From positions 9,738 through 73,737 of the forward strand of contig CACOBR010000005.1 of the NCBI GenBank assembly GCA_902625475.1: a stretch of DNA of 64,000 nt. The letters run 5' to 3'. The translations under genes were made by a program, and so were the position numbers. The notes under the pieces were generated by a model that was not told the DNA's origin, made no database searches, and saw only the letters and a program-made list of their open reading frames with translations. This document shows positions 60,865 through 64,000 of this stretch, one piece after another (positions within the stretch are counted from its first letter, which is position 1; every line of letters begins with the position of its first letter). This DNA comes from an uncultured Alphaproteobacteria bacterium (GTDB lineage: Bacteria > Pseudomonadota > Alphaproteobacteria > Rhodobacterales > Rhodobacteraceae).

Positions 60865-61809
60865 TTGAATTATAAAAATATCAGTCCCTCAGTATTAAAG
60901 TTTATTGAAGAAGCAAACGAATTATTTCCTCAAAAGCCCTATGAGTTAGGAGCTAAAAAATCTAGAGAGATATTTGCAAAACATTCTAAAAGTTTAGAAC
61001 TAAAAAGAACTAAGGATATTTCAGTAATTAATGACTTCTTTCTATCTGATGGCAGAAAAATAAAAATAAGAATTTATACACCTAATAGTAAAAAGGTTAG
61101 TTCTACAGGACTGATTTATATACACGGTGGAGGCTGGGTCATGGGAGATCTAGACTCCCATGACAAAGTATGCGTTGATTTATCAATAAATTGTAATATG
61201 AATGTAATCTCTATTGATTATTCACTATCACCAGAAAATCCCTATCCTGTTGCTTTAAACCAATGCTTTTCTATTTATTTACAATATCTAAGTGGATCTA
61301 ATTTATTTAAAAAACTGGATTTAAACAATTTATTAATTGCGGGGGATTCAGCTGGTGGTAATTTAACCGCTTCATTAATTTTAAAAATCAAAAAAGAAAA
61401 ATTGCCATTACCAAAGGGACAAATCCTTATTTATCCATGCCTTTCAACAGATTTTAATTCACCAGCTTATAAAAAATTTTCAAATGCACCAATTTTAGAT
61501 AGAAAGACAATGATTTGGTTTTGGAAAAATTATTTAGGAAAAAATAAGGAAAATCCAATTGCGGTTCCTGAATTAGAAGAAGATTTAACAAATTTGCCAG
61601 ATACAATTATTTGTACTGCTGAAATAGACCCCTTAGCGTCTGATGGGATTAAATTTGTAAAAAAACTTGAAGATAATTCAGTTAATGTTAGTCATATAGT
61701 GGCAAAAAATTTAGTTCATGGTTTCATTAGGTTTAGAGAAAAAAATTCTCCATCTGAACACTATTTCCAATTAATTTGCAAAAATATAATAAAAATAATT
61801 GAAAAATAA
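60865..61809 (+). CDS. Alpha/beta-hydrolase, family IV (hormone-sensitive-lipase-like) esterase
   Basis: 314 aa. It has the oxyanion HGGGW motif, the nucleophile elbow GDSAGG, acid D (EIDPL) and His (LVHGF). It has a TTG start 42 nt after the HD gene. Confidence 0.85.
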   Translation: MNYKNISPSVLKFIEEANELFPQKPYELGAKKSREIFAKHSKSLELKRTKDISVINDFFLSDGRKIKIRIYTPNSKKVSSTGLIYIHGGGWVMGDLDSHDKVCVDLSINCNMNVISIDYSLSPENPYPVALNQCFSIYLQYLSGSNLFKKLDLNNLLIAGDSAGGNLTASLILKIKKEKLPLPKGQILIYPCLSTDFNSPAYKKFSNAPILDRKTMIWFWKNYLGKNKENPIAVPELEEDLTNLPDTIICTAEIDPLASDGIKFVKKLEDNSVNVSHIVAKNLVHGFIRFREKNSPSEHYFQLICKNIIKIIEK

Positions 61810-61817
61810 TATTTCAT

Positions 61818-62138
61818 TTAGTTTATATTCAAATCTGTAGAGGTAATTTCAGATTCATAATTATAGATAAAAACACCAGAAAAGTTACTTTCTTTATACA
61901 CAAAAGTCTTTTTTAGATCTGAGAAAAAATCCTGTGAATTTTCTTCAAAATTCTTTAAATCCAGACTTGTTTCAAATTTAAGATGTATAGCAACACTTCC
62001 ACATTGTCCTATTGATATATTGAGAGAGCGTATATTAAATTTTATTATTTTTTTTCCTAAAGCTTCTGAGCAAAAAGTAGCAGCTACTTTTGCTTCACTT
62101 AATCCCTGAAATTTATAATTATAAATTTTTGCGTACAT
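61818..62138 (-). CDS. Small hypothetical protein
   Basis: 106 aa with no recognisable motif. Its start lies 2 nt after the stop of the upstream GAF gene, so the two are probably co-transcribed. Confidence 0.5.
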   Translation of the reverse strand: MYAKIYNYKFQGLSEAKVAATFCSEALGKKIIKFNIRSLNISIGQCGSVAIHLKFETSLDLKNFEENSQDFFSDLKKTFVYKESNFSGVFIYNYESEITSTDLNIN

Positions 62139-62140
62139 TG

Positions 62141-62974
62141 TTATTTTAACTCTGCAAACATATTATCAATCAGATTTTCAGCTTGGTTACCGCTGAGCTT
62201 AATTTTTTTCATGGGTTTAGTTCTTAATTTCATGTTTGACAATAATTCTCTACCTTTAGTAGATAGTTCAACACTAGATCCTACTTTAACACAAATACCT
62301 TTCTCAATAAGTTTTAATGCATCACTTGAACTTACCTTTAAATTTGAAGTGATTGACATAAATGATTCAAAGTCTTGTATAGATAGTTCATTATCATATT
62401 TTCTAAAATTTATTAATGAATTGAGTATCTTTTCAGAGGTAATTTCTTTTTGCTCAATTCTCAAATCCAATAATAAGGCAATATTAGCAGTAATTTTTTT
62501 TAATAAATCAACCTGATTGGTATCTAAAGATTTAGGAGTTTTATTTAGCATACATAGAGTACCTAAAGCATAATTATCTTTATTTATCACAGGAAAACCA
62601 GCATAACCTAAAGTTCCAGAACCATCCAATATTCTTGGGTGACTTTTCCAAGTAGGATGCTTACTCATGTCACTAATGAGTAAAGGTTCACTATCTAAAA
62701 TTACATATGAACAAACATTTAATGAATCTCTGGCATATTTTTGCCCGTTCCTATCTTCTTCATATCCTGTAGAAGAAATAGGGCATTGAAAATCTAAGTC
62801 ATAAAGACTAAAACTTGCTTTATCAAATCCAGACACATCTTTAGCTAAATCTGAATAAATTTGAAATAGTTCCGGTTCAGGACTATCTATTAGACCAGTG
62901 CTTATTACTGTTTTAGCTCTTATTTCTTCATTAAACGGTCTAGGGGCTAATTCTAATGACATTATGTACTCCAA
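62141..62974 (-). CDS. GAF-domain protein with C-terminal winged-helix-like domain (one-component regulator candidate)
   Basis: 277 aa. The N-terminal GAF domain is of the P-x-NE-x-x-R type (RPFNEEIRAK...PELFQIYSDLA...GYAGFPV...LGTLCMLNKTPKSL). The C-terminal ~90 aa contain LIEKGICVKVGSSVELSTKGRELL, a wHTH-like wing. Confidence 0.72.
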   Translation of the reverse strand: MEYIMSLELAPRPFNEEIRAKTVISTGLIDSPEPELFQIYSDLAKDVSGFDKASFSLYDLDFQCPISSTGYEEDRNGQKYARDSLNVCSYVILDSEPLLISDMSKHPTWKSHPRILDGSGTLGYAGFPVINKDNYALGTLCMLNKTPKSLDTNQVDLLKKITANIALLLDLRIEQKEITSEKILNSLINFRKYDNELSIQDFESFMSITSNLKVSSSDALKLIEKGICVKVGSSVELSTKGRELLSNMKLRTKPMKKIKLSGNQAENLIDNMFAELK

Positions 62975-63049
62975 TAATACAAATAATTATTCAATTAGAT
63001 ATAAATAAGTCAATACTCAGTTTAAAATTAAATAAATTACTTAAGGTAA

Positions 63050-64000
63050 TCAATTTAAATAAATTAAAGCATTAGCAATTTTTTTTGCACTAAATCTAAC
63101 AGGATCAGTTACTGGTAAGTTCAGTTTATCCTCCATCTTACTTATTTCATTAATAGCAGAGGCATGGTCATAACCTCTTGTATCTAATGCAACAGCTTTA
63201 ACTTTTGCTGTTGGAAATGAGTTTAGACCAGTAACTAGCTGTTCATTTAAACTAATTACTTGCTCCAATGGAGGTATTAATATTTTAGTTTCACTTTCAA
63301 CAACTCTCAACCCAAGACGATGACAAAGTACTAATGCTGTTGGACAACTTCCTCTCATCAGAGGAAGGGTAGCAGTACTGCCTGGATTTAATAATGAACC
63401 CTGCCCTTCAATGATTAAATATTCATTATTTTTGTATTTAAGTACCATTTCCTCCACTGCACCACTTGCATAATCTACTTTATAAGCATCCAAAGGTATT
63501 CCATTCCCTGAAATACAAATTCCCGTTTGACCAGTTGCTAAAAATACTGCATCTTTAGCTTTGGCCTTTAGAGAATTTGTTAACTCCAAGCCAGTAGTCA
63601 TTTTACCAACTGCCATGTCAGTACCAATCATAAGTATTCTTTGGTTGGAAAGGAATGAAGCTCGAGCAGCTCCAATCCTAGGTTTATTATATATAGGATT
63701 TCTTATATCCCAAATCCACTGATTAGGTCCTAATTTATCAGAAAATATGTCAGTTACACTATCATGCAAACCATTCACCACAGAAAGACCTTTTTCAATG
63801 GATTGACCAATGATCTTTATCCAACTTTCTGGAAGTCTCCCACCAGATGGCGCTGTTCCTAATAATAATACTTCTGCACCAAATTTAAATGCTTCGTCAA
63901 TATTTTCTAAAATTGGTATATCTTTATCTATATTACATACTTCAGAAACTGACTTTCCTGCTTTACTACTATCAATTACACAAGTAATTGGATTAAGACT
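63050..64000 (-). CDS. DUF1611-family protein (DgcN-like); N-terminus outside window
   Basis: The track ORF begins at an internal GTG (63781), but the frame stays open to position 64000. Upstream it reads ...EVLLLGTAPSGGRLPESWIKIIGQSIEKGLSVVNGLHD. A P-loop-like MIGTDMAVGKMTT and IIEGQGSL follow. This is the DUF1611 architecture. Confidence 0.78.
   Translation of the reverse strand, partial: SLNPITCVIDSSKAGKSVSEVCNIDKDIPILENIDEAFKFGAEVLLLGTAPSGGRLPESWIKIIGQSIEKGLSVVNGLHDSVTDIFSDKLGPNQWIWDIRNPIYNKPRIGAARASFLSNQRILMIGTDMAVGKMTTGLELTNSLKAKAKDAVFLATGQTGICISGNGIPLDAYKVDYASGAVEEMVLKYKNNEYLIIEGQGSLLNPGSTATLPLMRGSCPTALVLCHRLGLRVVESETKILIPPLEQVISLNEQLVTGLNSFPTAKVKAVALDTRGYDHASAINEISKMEDKLNLPVTDPVRFSAKKIANALIYLN

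Overview
The window is AT-rich (roughly 30% GC by eye) and very gene-dense. It holds about 60 protein-coding genes, most spacers are under 100 nt, and several gene pairs abut or overlap by 0-13 nt. I could not recognise any rRNA, tRNA, CRISPR array, transposase, integrase, prophage or known defence genes.

The core content is alphaproteobacterial housekeeping: uvrA, ssb, gyrA, trmFO, gluQ, recG, ligA, mnmA, glnE, ccmH/F/E, argC, rpsI-rplM, ctaA, icd, alaS-recA, rsmB, rlmE and ppx. There is also a 5-gene HAAT-type ABC importer and the NAD salvage genes pncA and pncB. Composition, streamlining and gene content fit a SAR11/Pelagibacterales-like marine alphaproteobacterium. That is an inference, not a database match.

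The last ~16 kb (48-64 kb) looks more accessory and has larger spacers. It contains:
- a MetH/AcsE-type pterin-binding methyltransferase next to a RACo/RamA-type [2Fe-2S]+ASKHA corrinoid reductive activase, with no corrinoid protein in view
- a stand-alone BLUF blue-light sensor and an orphan coiled-coil protein
- an OlsB-like N-acyltransferase
- a TRAP transporter
- a DddP-like (M24 peptidase-fold) DMSP lyase tightly packed with a PhnZ-like HD-domain protein and a family-IV esterase
- a GAF-wHTH regulator
- a partial DUF1611/DgcN-like gene

Other points worth a second look:
- an in-frame, internally deleted guaB remnant lacking the catalytic core
- a GTTC-N7-GTTC (alphaproteobacterial LexA-box-like) motif upstream of recA but not of uvrA/ssb
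- a perfect 20-bp palindrome plus a tandem 13-bp repeat in the trmJ-icd spacer
- a probable non-canonical ATT start for a small membrane-anchored protein
- a 15-bp-stem hairpin in front of the aminotransferase gene

All functional calls come from reading motifs in the translated ORFs. No searches were run.
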